Shown piece after piece: positions 63,831-64,000 of a DNA stretch of 64,000 nt. The DNA is taken from positions 17,794,001-17,858,000 of the forward strand of contig CM075977.1 of the NCBI GenBank assembly GCA_038087875.1. The letters are read 5' to 3'. The translations under genes were made by a program, and so were the position numbers. The notes under the pieces are model-generated. The model saw only the letters and a list, made by a program, of their open reading frames with translations, was not told the origin of the DNA and ran no database searches. The stretch's first letter is position 1. Every line of letters begins with the position of its first letter. The DNA comes from Malacoraja senta. Taxonomy: Eukaryota.

Positions 63831-64000
63831 GCAATACTTGATGTTTGTATTATTTGATTTGCTTCTGATGTCAACAATTCTGTTGAAATTTGTCATTCAT
63901 TACGGAAAATCACATCCAGCATTGTGCAGGGATAAGTGACAGCTGCTATCATTGCTGCAGACCCTACCATGCCTCAGCTAGAAAGATTGCTAATATTATG

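Overview
AT-rich vertebrate genomic DNA. The repeat content (CR1 LINEs with (TTTCTATG)n or (TATTGTC)n tails, tRNA-headed V-SINE/HE1-like SINEs, Penelope pLTRs) points to a cartilaginous fish such as a skate or ray; this is an inference. The whole window lies inside the presynaptic active-zone gene RIMS2 (RIM2), transcribed on the minus strand. Two exons are unambiguous: 46221-46400 (NREPSDRQEYQRSRSTEQ...SAPPSPALT) and 43567-43676 (SHPRSGSVQTSPTSTPMIGRRGRQLPQLPPKGTLER). The main hidden feature is an array of up to eight short (6-57 nt), frame-preserving, phase-1 cassette or micro-exons spread over about 38 kb downstream of the GTLER exon, in the RIM splice site C region. One matches the mammalian MITEDMDSTRKRNS cassette as I recall it and may use a non-canonical TG acceptor; another uses a GC donor. 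Two phase-2 candidate cassettes (78 and 9 nt) lie upstream in the splice site B region. The introns hold many CR1 fragments, Rex/Babar LINE fragments, an internally deleted Gypsy LTR element with a tRNA-Trp PBS, a non-autonomous Helitron with two 5' ends, PIF/Harbinger MITEs, a fossil Harbinger transposase and many Penelope pLTR copies with minimal hammerhead ribozyme cores. Microexon calls were made by eye and need RNA-seq confirmation.
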